Positions 18,501 through 28,199 of a stretch of DNA of 39,021 nucleotides are shown piece by piece. The DNA lies in the IMG/VR virus record IMGVR_UViG_3300049828_000410, positions 1-39,021 of that record; one strand, 5' to 3'. Both the position numbers and the translations under genes were made by a program. The DNA is from a virus. Taxonomy: Duplodnaviria; Caudoviricetes. The notes under the pieces were generated by a model. It was not told the DNA's origin, did not search any database, and was given only the letters and a program-made list of their open reading frames with translations. Within the stretch, counting starts at the first letter, position 1, and the number at the start of each line of letters is the position of its first letter.

Positions 18501-18762
18501 GTGGGATTTGGTGGATGTGATTGGGGCTTTTGGCGGCTGGGGCGCTTTGCCTTGGGGCTTTTTTGGGTGGGGATTGTCGGACGGCATTTCCTCTCAATAC
18601 ACAACGGAAGCAGCGGCGGTCATTCGGACTTACGTACCTCGGTTCGCTCAGCGGAACACGTTCATTCAGGCCATTTTGAAGCATAAGCAGGCGGGTGAAT
18701 CTATCGACATTCAAGCGCTGTCCTTTGCGGTTCGTGCCTATAACGAGAGAGTGAGCAAATGA
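15529..18762 (+). CDS. Tail nozzle / stabilisation protein (tubular protein B, P22 gp10-like) with three inserted HGLxxG beta-barrel repeats
   Basis: FKGL..PDGAMEEAENV start, beta-propeller-like NVFYSSKVQEPEAVP, YIYNVLNDTWT, GWGALPWGFFGWG. Confidence 0.75.
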   Translation: MAYQYPEIRSFKGLFVQANSFTVPDGAMEEAENVVIVQDNTITKLRGRYEYFDAALSTLNNLFTFQSKLLALFATKISYFTDAGTSPNFTGSETVLTGETVAVTAPRVGRSSEANGNLYFTTDNGVLKLEAYNSVVRTAGVPPGLDIQGTFLQQNGAFPGGTAAAYRVLFGRRDNNQNLLLSAPGDSVTLTNATDVGVSWSRTTGVVTMTTTNPHYLSTGMVVNVSASTGTHPIVTGPYVITVTGSTTFTFTDGLTNDGPHTADYNASRIARLEFSIPSEINTSTDGYFYQIYRTDFEATTPFPNYKILEEVPLTASDITDGVVFYDDDIDESLLTGAAQLYTNPNSREGELQANTRPPKCDDITTYRNCAIYANCTIRNYLDLSLISTTGAVSGDFFEVQVGTVVRRYIARTGVGNQNTTSESASFVSTTITVNYTAHGLAVGDSILVSNAVGTGTLPDGTYTVATSAANSFTFIAASAPTTLTFLDFQGVATRTAAVTGLAWTRASNVVTITSAAHGLSTGMQVYVSNSAGGTPNVASGTYTITVTGVNTFTIPETAAASSGTLDYQFFGGMFQLDTASSLVTARIRNTAQGLVKASNRDVSALVYAAYTSGITDTPGKMRFSAKGFTGTISVRANSSLVGELFSPTIPSSFSSGTQVSSLTDTSENVFYSSKVQEPEAVPIVNSFTVGIKSKKILRMVALRDSVIIIKEDGVFRLNGDTPLNFDVTALDQTIFCVSASSVAAINNQVVFLSNQGLVICTESTVTIISRTIELLINPIVGKPLIGTVTGACGYESDRTYRITTIGPNDTNATECYIYNVLNDTWTTSSFLFTQAIVGPSDTLFMIGTDNIIYKERKNQNRIDYCGQNAATTVVSVGSDLMSVVLNSPAQVPVHGDVLEHDSTFDRIDTVVVNGANYDITFKRATSLVPGDTPTLYASYESLIKMAPFHAGVVGRSKQFAQTQLHLRAPQISELEISYAGGYLSNSESVMWDLVDVIGAFGGWGALPWGFFGWGLSDGISSQYTTEAAAVIRTYVPRFAQRNTFIQAILKHKQAGESIDIQALSFAVRAYNERVSK

Positions 18763-20723
18763 AATACGAAGGCGAGCAATACTGGCTGGCACAGCCGGCT
18801 GAAGATGTCGCGAACGACTTGGAAGAGTTCCACAAGGGAGGCTCGATATGGTCGGGTCATCCCATCTACCAAGCTTGGATTCGTAACTCCATCGCGTACT
18901 ACTCGACCGTGCTGGATGCAAGCGCTTGGGAAACCTCGTTAGTCTACACGGGCGAGCAAGGCGAACTCGTCAAGATGTCTGTACCGCAAGCAAGATCTCT
19001 TGTGCGGCAGATGCTCACCCTAACCACAAAGCAACGCCTTGCATTCAACGCCATCGCCGAGACAAAGGGCATGGACGTTATCAAGAACGTGCGGTTGGGT
19101 AACGCGGTCATCGAGCAAACCCTAAACGATCAGCAAGTGGACACGAAGGCCGAGCTCTTGGCTGAGCAGGCTTTGGTGTTAGGCATCTCCTTCCTCAAGA
19201 CCACTTGGCGCACAGACAAGGGTAGGCCGTACATCTCAGACGGGGAGAAGTTGCTTTATGATGGAGACATTGATGTTTCGGTTTTATGTGTTGATGATTG
19301 TCTCTTCGATTATTCAATTCCTAATTGGCACGATCTTGACTGGGCTGAGGCGCGAGTTATCAAAAACCGTTGGTCTTTGGTGGCCCAGTTCCCAGAGCTG
19401 AAGGAAGAGATTCTAAAGCTCCCATCGGTGCAGCAAGTATCTGGCCTTAGCGGCTACCGCACGGGATATCAGAACATCAGTCACGACGAAAACGTGTACT
19501 GCTACGAGCTCTATCATAAGCCAACGCCTGCGATGCCGCTTGGTCGGATGATGTTCTACGCATCTCGCGACACGATCTTTTACGATGGTGAGAACAGATA
19601 CAAAACTATTCCCATTGAACCCATGCGCCCAGAGCCAGTGTTCGCGTCGGGTTTTGGCTATCCTCTGCTCTCCAGCCTGTTACCAAGTCAAGAAATGCTA
19701 GATCACTGCATGTCTTCCGCTGCGACAAACTTCGGAAACCTGTCGGTGAATAACATCGTCGTGCCGCGAGGCGCTGCGATAAGTTCCCAAGAAGTATCGG
19801 GTATGAACTGGCTGTCATATACGCCGCAAAACGTGCCCGGCGGCGGAAAGCCCGAAGTTCTCGATTTATCAAAGACAAACCCCCAACTTTTCGAGTTTTC
19901 CACACAGCTGCTGAATGGCATGCAGCAGATGAGTAATATTAACTCGGCTGCTCGCGGCGAACCACCTGCGGGCATCACTGCCGGCGTGGCGATTGCGACG
20001 CTAACTGCGAACGCTGTTGAGTTTTTGTCATCGGTTTCTAAGGCATACGAGATTTGTTTAGAAAACTCGATGATGCATGTGCTGAACGGTTACAACAAAT
20101 TTGCGAAAACCCCACATAACGTTCGAATCAAGGGCAAAAACAATCAGGTAAGCACCCAGGAGTTTCTGGGTAAAGACCTTGATATGATGAAGTCCGTTAA
20201 AATCACGCGCCAAAACCCAATTATGCAAACTGCGACTGGGCGTTTGGAAATCGCTGAAAAAATGATGCAAAGCGGCTTGATTGTCGATGCTCAGAGCTAC
20301 GTATCCATCTTGGACGGATCGCCTTTGTCGGTGATCTACGAAGTTGATCTGTCGCAGAACGATTTAATCGAGACAGAGAACCAAGATATGCTTGAGGGTA
20401 CGCCGGTCATCACGATGATGATCGACAATCACCCCTTGCACGTTCGTAAGCACTCGCAGCTTTTGAACGACCCGGCGATCAGAAGAAACAATCAGTCTGT
20501 AGCTTTGATTTTGCAGCATATCGACGAACACGTTAGAATGCAGGCAGAAATCGATCCAAGTCTACAAGCCATGCTTATGACGGGTAAAGCTCCACAGGTA
20601 GCGCCACCCGGCCAAGCTCCGCCTCCAGCGCCACCACCGGAACAAGATACCTCTATCGGTCAGGAATTAGCGCCTGTTGAGGCTGCGGCCCCTGCGGAAG
20701 ACCTAAATGGAAGGGTGCAGTAA
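18759..20723 (+). CDS. Portal protein
   Basis: 654 aa; ALVLGISFLKTTW, LLPSQEMLD, MQQMSNINSAARGEPP..ITAGVAIATL, DNHPLHVRKH, Pro-rich tail. Confidence 0.85.
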   Translation: MKYEGEQYWLAQPAEDVANDLEEFHKGGSIWSGHPIYQAWIRNSIAYYSTVLDASAWETSLVYTGEQGELVKMSVPQARSLVRQMLTLTTKQRLAFNAIAETKGMDVIKNVRLGNAVIEQTLNDQQVDTKAELLAEQALVLGISFLKTTWRTDKGRPYISDGEKLLYDGDIDVSVLCVDDCLFDYSIPNWHDLDWAEARVIKNRWSLVAQFPELKEEILKLPSVQQVSGLSGYRTGYQNISHDENVYCYELYHKPTPAMPLGRMMFYASRDTIFYDGENRYKTIPIEPMRPEPVFASGFGYPLLSSLLPSQEMLDHCMSSAATNFGNLSVNNIVVPRGAAISSQEVSGMNWLSYTPQNVPGGGKPEVLDLSKTNPQLFEFSTQLLNGMQQMSNINSAARGEPPAGITAGVAIATLTANAVEFLSSVSKAYEICLENSMMHVLNGYNKFAKTPHNVRIKGKNNQVSTQEFLGKDLDMMKSVKITRQNPIMQTATGRLEIAEKMMQSGLIVDAQSYVSILDGSPLSVIYEVDLSQNDLIETENQDMLEGTPVITMMIDNHPLHVRKHSQLLNDPAIRRNNQSVALILQHIDEHVRMQAEIDPSLQAMLMTGKAPQVAPPGQAPPPAPPPEQDTSIGQELAPVEAAAPAEDLNGRVQ

Positions 20724-22168
20724 TGGCTTACGCATTTTCACGAGTAAACCAAGCCCTAGGCGGTGACGCCGAGCAAGAGAACCAGGATATCTTTGGCGGC
20801 GCTGGTCAGCCACAGCAGCAAGGCGTACAGGGCCAGGACGCAGCCGGCACGACTCCACAAGGCGTCACCAAGACATCTACTGTAGGTGCGGTTGGCGGCG
20901 GGATTGCGCCGTCATCTGAAATCAAAGCCCCGCAAGAAGCGGCGGCAGGTGGAGCGGGAGCAGCTTCCAAGATTCTTGCTAAGAACGAGTCCACCGCACC
21001 TGCACAAATCAAGGGTCTGGAATCAAAGTTATCTGGAGCTTCTGCAAATCTACAGAAAGAAGCCAATGACTACGTAACGTCTGCTAAGAACACCAATTAT
21101 AACGTGGGTGGCGGCGACGTTAACGAGCTGATTGCCGGCGGTAATACCGAAGGTGCCCAGCGGGCTTCCAGGCTTCTCAGCGGCACGCAGGCCCCTCAGG
21201 CCGAGCGATTTGTGCCAAAGGCGCAGACTCGATTCCAAGAGGTAGAAGATCTTGGCACGGAAGCCGGGATCTCGAACATGTTGCGGCGGCAAGCTGGCGC
21301 TCGCGCGACTACGGGTGAGCTAGGCATTGAGTCGGCGCTACTTCGGCGTGACCCAAGATTCCAGCAAACCAGATCGCAACTCATTTCCAAGGGCGCGCAA
21401 CTTGGAGCTGAGCGTAATAGGCTCTTGGGTGAGGGGGCTGAAGGCGTAACATCCCAAGCTCAAGCGGCTCAGGCGGCAAATTATAAGAAAGCCCAAGAAG
21501 CCTTGAGGGGCGACTTGCGCGGGGCGCGTTCTGGGATCGACGCCGAGATTGCTGCTAAAGTTGCCGCAGAGAACGAAGCAAGACGGGCCATGGCCGCTCA
21601 AGGTCTTGAGTCGAATCAAGCCTACCGCGACGCTTTGGCGGCTGCAAAAGCCCAGTACGGAGAAGCGGAAGACCCGACTCAATTCGCAAGGTTTGGCGGC
21701 GACGTTACAGCTGCTGATCTCTATGACGAGCCTTCCGCATCCAGATACTCACGCATTTCCGCTCTTCTTGGTGAGCCTGGCGAGGTGCGGTTGGCGGGTA
21801 AGGGAGCTGGCGAGCGTCTTGGGTTTGACCTTGCGGGATATCGCGGTGCGGCTGAGACGTTGGCAGCCAAGCGCATTAAGGCTGCTGAAGATGCAAGAGC
21901 TGCGGAAGAAGCGAAGAGAATAGCGCTGATCGAGAAGAATCAGGGCGATCTTGCGAAGTCTAAGGCGGCCTACGAGCAGCAAATTGCAAATGAACAGGCT
22001 GAGGCTGATTTCAGGGCCGGCATCCAACCCGGAACACTGCAATTACCGACTGAGGCACCAGCCTTTGCGCCAGGCATTTCCATGGTGCCGATGGGTAATT
22101 CTGGGCCTCCAGTAATGGATAACGTCGATGACGAGGAAGATGCGCGTGTCGGCTCTTTGCGCCTTTAA
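20723..22168 (+). CDS. Putative internal virion / DNA ejection protein
   Basis: Ala/Gly/Gln-rich helical protein right after the portal gene. Confidence 0.6.
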   Translation: MAYAFSRVNQALGGDAEQENQDIFGGAGQPQQQGVQGQDAAGTTPQGVTKTSTVGAVGGGIAPSSEIKAPQEAAAGGAGAASKILAKNESTAPAQIKGLESKLSGASANLQKEANDYVTSAKNTNYNVGGGDVNELIAGGNTEGAQRASRLLSGTQAPQAERFVPKAQTRFQEVEDLGTEAGISNMLRRQAGARATTGELGIESALLRRDPRFQQTRSQLISKGAQLGAERNRLLGEGAEGVTSQAQAAQAANYKKAQEALRGDLRGARSGIDAEIAAKVAAENEARRAMAAQGLESNQAYRDALAAAKAQYGEAEDPTQFARFGGDVTAADLYDEPSASRYSRISALLGEPGEVRLAGKGAGERLGFDLAGYRGAAETLAAKRIKAAEDARAAEEAKRIALIEKNQGDLAKSKAAYEQQIANEQAEADFRAGIQPGTLQLPTEAPAFAPGISMVPMGNSGPPVMDNVDDEEDARVGSLRL

Positions 22169-22180
22169 AGGGGAACTTAT

Positions 22181-23347
22181 ATGGCATGGCCAATAGCAGT
22201 CGTAATGGCGGTATCAGCAGCCGCCCAATATTACCAAGCCGAAAAAGCTCGCGGCGCGAACAAGGCCGAGCTGAATAAGATCAAGGATCAATTCAACTCC
22301 GTCAAACCGCCCGAGTGGGATTTCAATATCGACGATCCCGTCGATCAATTGCAATCACTGCCAGTGCCACCCGATTACGACATGTCTCGGATCACGCCGA
22401 AGACGATTCAGATGGTGGGCAAGTTTGCACCCGAGGTAGCTCAGCGCATTCAAGAAGAAGCGCCTGAGATAGCGAAGGCAAGCCAAGCTGCTCAAACAGG
22501 TCGTCAAGCTCAACTAACAGCCCTAGAAAAGTACCAGCAGATTGCGCAAGGCGGCGAAGATCCGGAGTTGGCTCAAGCGCTATCGCAAGCTGCTCAAAGA
22601 GGCGATCGAGAAGCGCAGTCGCGGCAAGCCTCTGTTCTGCAAGATGCGGCTCGGCGAGGAACTCTTGGTTCGGGGGCCATGCTTGCAGGCCAGCTGCAAT
22701 CATCTTCAGACAGCTCTCTAAGAGCAGCAACTGCCGCGCAGCAAGCCGCAGCGGAGTCTTATCGTAATCGTCTAAACGCATTGTCGCAGGGTGCCCAGAT
22801 TGGTGGTCAAGTTCGCTCTTCCGAAATGGGAGAGGCGCAAAACAACGCCGACATCATCAATTCATTCAATCAGCGCCAGACTGCGGCATACCAAAATTAT
22901 CTGAACAATGCATCGCAAATGCGTAACCAAGCCAACTTGCGGAACCTTGGCGAAGAGCAGCGCATTCAAGAGATGAACGCTGAAAATCAATACAAATCCG
23001 ATTGGGCAAACCGCGACTACCAGAATAAGGCGAAAGACCTGACATACGGGCGTGCGGTGAATGAACGTGACGCCCAATATCAGGCGCGCCAGGCAGCCAG
23101 AGACCGTCAAGATAGGTTGAAGCAAGCGATGTTCAACAACGCTCGCGGAGTTGCACAAGACGCAAGCGGCGTGGGTCAAATGCAAATGCAGCAGACAAAC
23201 CAAGCTGCTGCGGCAAGAAACCAGGCCATCCAAGGACTTGGAGATTCCGCCATTACCTACATGTCGAACGAAGACGAGAAAGTGGAGCGCCAAAAAGATC
23301 GCGAAGCCTACCGCACGCGGCCTTATGCGCCAAAGGGAGGTATGTAA
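22181..23347 (+). CDS. Putative DNA ejection (pilot) protein
   Basis: Hydrophobic N-terminus, Gln/Ala-rich, AARRGTLGSG motif. Confidence 0.65.
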   Translation: MAWPIAVVMAVSAAAQYYQAEKARGANKAELNKIKDQFNSVKPPEWDFNIDDPVDQLQSLPVPPDYDMSRITPKTIQMVGKFAPEVAQRIQEEAPEIAKASQAAQTGRQAQLTALEKYQQIAQGGEDPELAQALSQAAQRGDREAQSRQASVLQDAARRGTLGSGAMLAGQLQSSSDSSLRAATAAQQAAAESYRNRLNALSQGAQIGGQVRSSEMGEAQNNADIINSFNQRQTAAYQNYLNNASQMRNQANLRNLGEEQRIQEMNAENQYKSDWANRDYQNKAKDLTYGRAVNERDAQYQARQAARDRQDRLKQAMFNNARGVAQDASGVGQMQMQQTNQAAAARNQAIQGLGDSAITYMSNEDEKVERQKDREAYRTRPYAPKGGM

Positions 23348-24363
23348 TGCAATACGCGGATGAAAATGACGATGAAATTCTCAGAGCATATCTCCGTCGC
23401 AAGATGAGTCCTGAATATCAGGACGTAGTCGAGGATAGACGTGCGCGCGGCGACGAATTGAGAGGACAAGGCCAGTTGGCCTCAGTGCTATCAAAGACGG
23501 CTTCAGCCTTCGGTTCTGTCGGTGGTCAGCAAGCAAAATCTCTCTATGATCCGTCAGCGCTTGGCGCTGCCGCTGATCGCAGCGAAAGCCGTGCGGTTAG
23601 AGACGAAGCCGACACGATGCAGCTCTACAGCTACCTCGATAAAAAAGCTCGCGAAGAGAAAGCGGATGCGTTGGCAAATAAGCGTCTTGGTCTCGAGGAG
23701 CAAAGACTCGCGAGCCAAACCGCACGCGACGCCGAAAAACGCGATTCCGAGTTGGCCTGGAAAGAGCGGGAATATAATCAAAAAGAGCGTTTAGAGAAAA
23801 ACCGATTGATGGCTGACGTAGGTAAGCGAGCCGAGGAAACTCGGGTCAAGCAAGCCGAAAAGACGGCGGAACAAACTAAGTCGATGCTAGAGCCCCGCAC
23901 TCGCGCTGCAAATATCGAGCGCAACGCCAATGAGCTTTACAATTTAATCGATAAATACGGCACTTACGAGATGACCGGGCCTGCAAGCTCAATGATCGAT
24001 TCCAAGATTTATCAGCTTGCGATCGAGTACGCGAAGCTTGTTGACCCGACATCTGTGGCTAGAGAAGGCGAAGTTGCGACCGCTCAAAAATACATGCTGC
24101 CAGTCAAAGGGATGTTTAAGAGCAACAGCACAGCCAAGGAGCTGATCAATAAGTTTAAGCAAGACGCGCAAAATGCTCTCGCCTCACGCGAAAGTGTTCT
24201 TCGCGGCGAAAAACCAGACGTGGGCATGGCTCAAGATACAGCCCCTGGAGAAGCTATCGCAGCTCCCGCAGGCGGCCCGAAAGTGGGCGAAGCGCAAGAC
24301 GGATACATCTTCAAAGGCGGCGATCCCGGTGACCCTAACAGTTGGTCTAAGGAGGCACCGTAA
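23347..24363 (+). CDS. Putative DNA ejection protein
   Basis: Coiled coil, KLVDPTSVAREGE, C-terminal GYIFKGGDPGDPNSW. Confidence 0.62.
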   Translation: MQYADENDDEILRAYLRRKMSPEYQDVVEDRRARGDELRGQGQLASVLSKTASAFGSVGGQQAKSLYDPSALGAAADRSESRAVRDEADTMQLYSYLDKKAREEKADALANKRLGLEEQRLASQTARDAEKRDSELAWKEREYNQKERLEKNRLMADVGKRAEETRVKQAEKTAEQTKSMLEPRTRAANIERNANELYNLIDKYGTYEMTGPASSMIDSKIYQLAIEYAKLVDPTSVAREGEVATAQKYMLPVKGMFKSNSTAKELINKFKQDAQNALASRESVLRGEKPDVGMAQDTAPGEAIAAPAGGPKVGEAQDGYIFKGGDPGDPNSWSKEAP

Positions 24364-26021
24364 TGCCAGGACCTTGGGAAAAATATCAGAAAGGACCTTG
24401 GGAAAAATATAAAGCCCCTGCGCCAGACGACCGGATGGACCCGGTAAATGCGGGTATTATGAAATTCTCCCAAGGCTTAACGAGCGGCCTTGGCGATGAG
24501 ATCATTGCCGGTGTGCAGGCCCCTGTTTTGAAGGCAATGGACTTGTATCAGGGCGGTGACACTTCACTAGGTAGCTTCTACGATGCCGTTCGTGATGAAC
24601 GGCGCGAGCTCTATAAGAAAGCACAGCAAGACCAGCCCGGTGTTTCTACGGCGTCGGAGCTTGCAGGTGCGGTTACACAAGGCATCGGCATCCCTGGGGC
24701 GAGAGTTGCTCAAGGCGCGCCAGCAGCAATGCGTTATGGCGTTCCGATGGCTCAGGCTGGAGCGCAAGGTGCGGTTGGTGGTGCAGGTTATTCTGAAGCG
24801 GATACTCTTGGTGGCGTAGCGCAAGACGCAGCTGTCAGCGGAGCTTTAGGGGCGGGTTTTACGGGCGCTGCAAAAGGTGCCGGCGAACTCATAGCTGGTG
24901 GAGCACGGAAAGTTGGATTACCTGAGCTCTACGCGAATCTAAAATCAAAGGCCAAAGACCTCGGCAAGAAAACCTTATCTCTTGCTGGTGGCGTTCCCGT
25001 TCCCAATATTCAGCGCTACATAGATGCGCCTGAAGCCGTCAACAAAGTGCAAAGCGCTGACGATCTTGGCCAACTCGCGATCGAGCAGCTTGAAGCTTTA
25101 AAAGCAAAGGGCATCGAAGGCAGTCGGGCTGCTCGGAAGTATCTTCCGGAAACCCCGATATGGGTCGGTCCCGTGCAAGACGTCATCGACACAGCAAGGA
25201 CCACAGCCGCAGGCCGCTCGGGCCCCTTGCAAAAGGGAGCTGTTGAGACCTTGGATACTTGGCGCGGTGAGCTAAACAATTTGGTCAAGAATCAACAGAT
25301 ATCGCCGCAAAAGCTCAAAGATTTTGTGATCGATCTCAATAACGACATCGACGCAACACCTCCGGCAGAGTTTATGACGCCGGCAAATCAGGCGAAGATT
25401 GCTCTTAGCAAAAATATCCGAGGAATCCTTCAGGGTTCATCGCCTGAATACACTGCTGCGATGCGAGAAGTCGCAAAGGATTTTGACGCGCTAACAAATG
25501 CCAGGGGGGTTTTCGGAAATCCAAAGACTGTAGCTAGCGCAGTCGAAAGAGCGGCAAGGAATACCGGCGAAAAGGCTGGGGAGCAGGCGCGCTATCTTGA
25601 GGCGCTGTCTCAGCGGGCAGGTGGTGAGAATATCCTGCAAAATGCAAAGGATAGGCTTGTACAGCAATCCTTTGACCGAAGTGTTGCCAATGGCGCAAGG
25701 CGCACAACGGGCGGCGCGGCTGTCGGTATGACGGCGAACGCCATCAAGCAAGCATACGGCGATGAGGAATTTGATCCAGCCGAGTTTGCAAGCGCCGGTG
25801 TTACTGGTGGCACGGCTGGCTTTGTCAGTGACCGCTATGGTCCGGCGATGACCAAAGCTCTCTTGGATGCAGCAAGAGCCGGACGTTTGGGGCCTGTTGG
25901 CCAGGGCGTCAACAACGCAATCAGCGCAGCCCAACAGCGCGGCCCGGATGCCGTGCGGTCGGCCACCTTTTTATTGCTGAAACAATTTCCACAATTCGAG
26001 CAAATGTTGGAGCAGCCATGA
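24363..26021 (+). CDS. Putative large DNA ejection protein
   Basis: GPWEKY repeated twice at the N-terminus, QGLTSGLGDEI, Gly/Ala-rich segments. Confidence 0.65.
   Translation: MPGPWEKYQKGPWEKYKAPAPDDRMDPVNAGIMKFSQGLTSGLGDEIIAGVQAPVLKAMDLYQGGDTSLGSFYDAVRDERRELYKKAQQDQPGVSTASELAGAVTQGIGIPGARVAQGAPAAMRYGVPMAQAGAQGAVGGAGYSEADTLGGVAQDAAVSGALGAGFTGAAKGAGELIAGGARKVGLPELYANLKSKAKDLGKKTLSLAGGVPVPNIQRYIDAPEAVNKVQSADDLGQLAIEQLEALKAKGIEGSRAARKYLPETPIWVGPVQDVIDTARTTAAGRSGPLQKGAVETLDTWRGELNNLVKNQQISPQKLKDFVIDLNNDIDATPPAEFMTPANQAKIALSKNIRGILQGSSPEYTAAMREVAKDFDALTNARGVFGNPKTVASAVERAARNTGEKAGEQARYLEALSQRAGGENILQNAKDRLVQQSFDRSVANGARRTTGGAAVGMTANAIKQAYGDEEFDPAEFASAGVTGGTAGFVSDRYGPAMTKALLDAARAGRLGPVGQGVNNAISAAQQRGPDAVRSATFLLLKQFPQFEQMLEQP
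24368..24410 (+). repeat. Exact 19-bp direct repeat AGGACCTTGGGAAAAATAT (24-bp period)
   Basis: Copies at 24368-24386 and 24392-24410 encode GPWEKY twice. Confidence 0.9.
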
Positions 26022-26359
26022 TTCAAGCGGAACTATTCGCAGTAGCGTCAGGCGCAGCTAGTTTTGTCACTCCGCCAATTTCTCTTGGCGATTTGAACAA
26101 CTACGCGGCCTTCGTCTTGTTTCCAGGCGGGGGTACCTTGGCGGGTACTCTGACGCTTGAGGCAAGCTACGACACCACAGACGCCAATTTTGTGACGGTC
26201 AGTGACTCATCCCAGGCTGTCACGGCGTCAGCGCAGCATGCTTGGTCATGTGTCGCCCAAGGTTACAGATATGTCCGAGTGCGGTGGGTTTATACCTCCG
26301 GCGCTGGTAACATGCAGGTAATTATTCAGATCAAAGAGAACGTGGTGAAGGGGGCCTGA
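26018..26359 (+). CDS. Small beta-sandwich virion protein (paralog 1)
   Basis: GTLTLEASYD...YRYVRVRW. Confidence 0.65.
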   Translation: MIQAELFAVASGAASFVTPPISLGDLNNYAAFVLFPGGGTLAGTLTLEASYDTTDANFVTVSDSSQAVTASAQHAWSCVAQGYRYVRVRWVYTSGAGNMQVIIQIKENVVKGA

Positions 26360-26362
26360 CCT

Positions 26363-27142
26363 ATGGCTGGTACATTCACGTTTATCGGCTCTTTAGGCGG
26401 TGGCGGCGGCGGTGGTGGCTCAGCCTACTGGGGCGATGCCGTTGCTAATGCGGCAGCACTTCCAGCCGGCGTAGTCATTGGGGAAGTTAGGCTAACCCTA
26501 GATACGAATCACTTGTACGAGTGGAACGGTACGGTTTGGACCGACATATTCATCGGCTTTGCCGGCGATGTCTTCGGCCCGGCTTCCGCGACCGATAACG
26601 CACTCGCAAGGTTTGACGGCGCTACCGGTAAGCTAGTTCAAAGCTCTGGCGCGATTCTTAGCGACACCGATGTTTTAACGCTGCCCAGTCTCACGGCCTC
26701 CCGTGCGGTCATCTCTAACGGAAGCCAGCAACTTGCCGTCAGCGCCACCACATCCACAGAGCTTGGTTACGTCTCTGGCGTTACGAGCGCGATCCAGACG
26801 CAGCTAAACGCCAAGGTGGATGAAGTAGCCTCGACCGATAACGCAGTCGTGCGGTTCGATGGTACTGGCGGCGCGGTTCAGAACTCTGCCGTCTTGATCG
26901 ATGACTCAAACAACATCAATACGCCCGCCTCCGGGCTATTTGGTGCGGTCGGAACTCCGGTGGCGAGCGCAGCTCTCGAGCTACGGACGACCACTGGAGC
27001 GCTGCTCCTCACCCGCCTAACGACTGCGCAAATTGCCGCACTAACCGCTGTAAATGGAATGATTGTTTATAATACCACGCTCGACCGATTCCAAGGCTAT
27101 TTCGCCGGGGCTTGGGGCGATCTGCATGGCTGGGGGAACTAA
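26363..27142 (+). CDS. Fibre-like structural protein
   Basis: Poly-Gly linker; two TDNAxxRFDG repeats; TELGYVSGVTSAIQTQLNAK; NGMIVYNTTLDRFQGY. Confidence 0.7.
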   Translation: MAGTFTFIGSLGGGGGGGGSAYWGDAVANAAALPAGVVIGEVRLTLDTNHLYEWNGTVWTDIFIGFAGDVFGPASATDNALARFDGATGKLVQSSGAILSDTDVLTLPSLTASRAVISNGSQQLAVSATTSTELGYVSGVTSAIQTQLNAKVDEVASTDNAVVRFDGTGGAVQNSAVLIDDSNNINTPASGLFGAVGTPVASAALELRTTTGALLLTRLTTAQIAALTAVNGMIVYNTTLDRFQGYFAGAWGDLHGWGN

Positions 27143-27456
27143 TGTCTATGAAGAAAGTAACGCAAGCCTTTGCTGTCGCGGGTTCGGCCTTCAACACGGT
27201 CGGAATGGACTTGGGCGATTTAAGTCTATTCTCGGTCCAGCTGAAGTTCGTCGGCGGGGCCTTGGCAGGTACGGGCAAGATTCAAGTGTCCAATGACGAC
27301 GTCGAGTACGTAGACGCTGGCATAAGCGCCACAATCGCTTCTGGCGCGTCTTTGCTCCTGAACGTCAGCAATGCTGGGTTCCAGTATGCAAGGCTCGTAT
27401 GGACGCCCTCAGGCGGTTCAGGGACGGCTACGGCTATCTCTGTCGTGAAGGGGTAA
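27142..27456 (+). CDS. Small beta-sandwich virion protein (paralog 2; start revised to 27142)
   Basis: GTGKIQVSNDDVEYVD...FQYARLVW; TAATG coupling. Confidence 0.65.
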   Translation: MSMKKVTQAFAVAGSAFNTVGMDLGDLSLFSVQLKFVGGALAGTGKIQVSNDDVEYVDAGISATIASGASLLLNVSNAGFQYARLVWTPSGGSGTATAISVVKG

Positions 27457-27459
27457 GCA

Positions 27460-27834
27460 ATGGCCTTTATGTCTTTTTCCAGCACCCAGCCTGCGCAAAA
27501 GTACGAAATGCCAGAGATGGAGCTGACTGAGCTTACCGCACGTCTCGACCGCATCAAGGAATCGATCGACAACATCCAAGTTGTCTTCGAGCCCAAGATA
27601 GAGGTTCCTCCGGCGCAAATTGGTGTTGAGGTCGATTTGACCAACATCGAGAACGCGCTGCAAGACCTTGCCCGCAAGGATTACGAGCCGATTCACAACG
27701 TCACGGTCGCGGCACCTTCTGTGACGAACAACGTGCATGTGACGATTGGCCAAGAACTCATTTACCCGCTGTATTCTATTGTGGGTGCTTTGATGCTTTT
27801 GGTGATTGTCGTCTTGGCGGGGTATTTCAGATGA
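27460..27834 (+). CDS. C-terminally membrane-anchored hypothetical protein
   Basis: C-terminal TM IVGALMLLVIVVLAGYF; AAGGGG RBS. Confidence 0.6.
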   Translation: MAFMSFSSTQPAQKYEMPEMELTELTARLDRIKESIDNIQVVFEPKIEVPPAQIGVEVDLTNIENALQDLARKDYEPIHNVTVAAPSVTNNVHVTIGQELIYPLYSIVGALMLLVIVVLAGYFR

Positions 27835-28199
27835 CCCAGCCGACCGACACCGAATACCTCACCCCGCTTGTCACGGACCAATCTATGTCCGCTGACTTCA
27901 CGACGCCGTATTCGATCGTTCATGGGTGGGATAACGGGTCTCTTGTGATGTCTTGGACGGGCGCAAGCTCCACTACCGCACTTTTGCTCCCCGAGGCGTC
28001 CAACGATGCCGTCAACTGGTGCAAGTTGATCGCGACATCCCAAGCCAAGAAGGTCGATGATGTGGCCGGGTGCCAAATGTATCTGTTCAGCTTCTTCAGC
28101 TACAAGTATTTTCGGTTCAGGTTTTCCAAGCAGTCGGAAACGACGGGACTGATGACGGTCTCTCTTTACGTGTCGCGGTTTTTTGGGCGGAATAGGTAA
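27831..28199 (+). CDS. Small beta-sandwich virion protein (paralog 3)
   Basis: LLLPEASNDAVNW...YKYFRFRF. Confidence 0.62.
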   Translation: MTQPTDTEYLTPLVTDQSMSADFTTPYSIVHGWDNGSLVMSWTGASSTTALLLPEASNDAVNWCKLIATSQAKKVDDVAGCQMYLFSFFSYKYFRFRFSKQSETTGLMTVSLYVSRFFGRNR

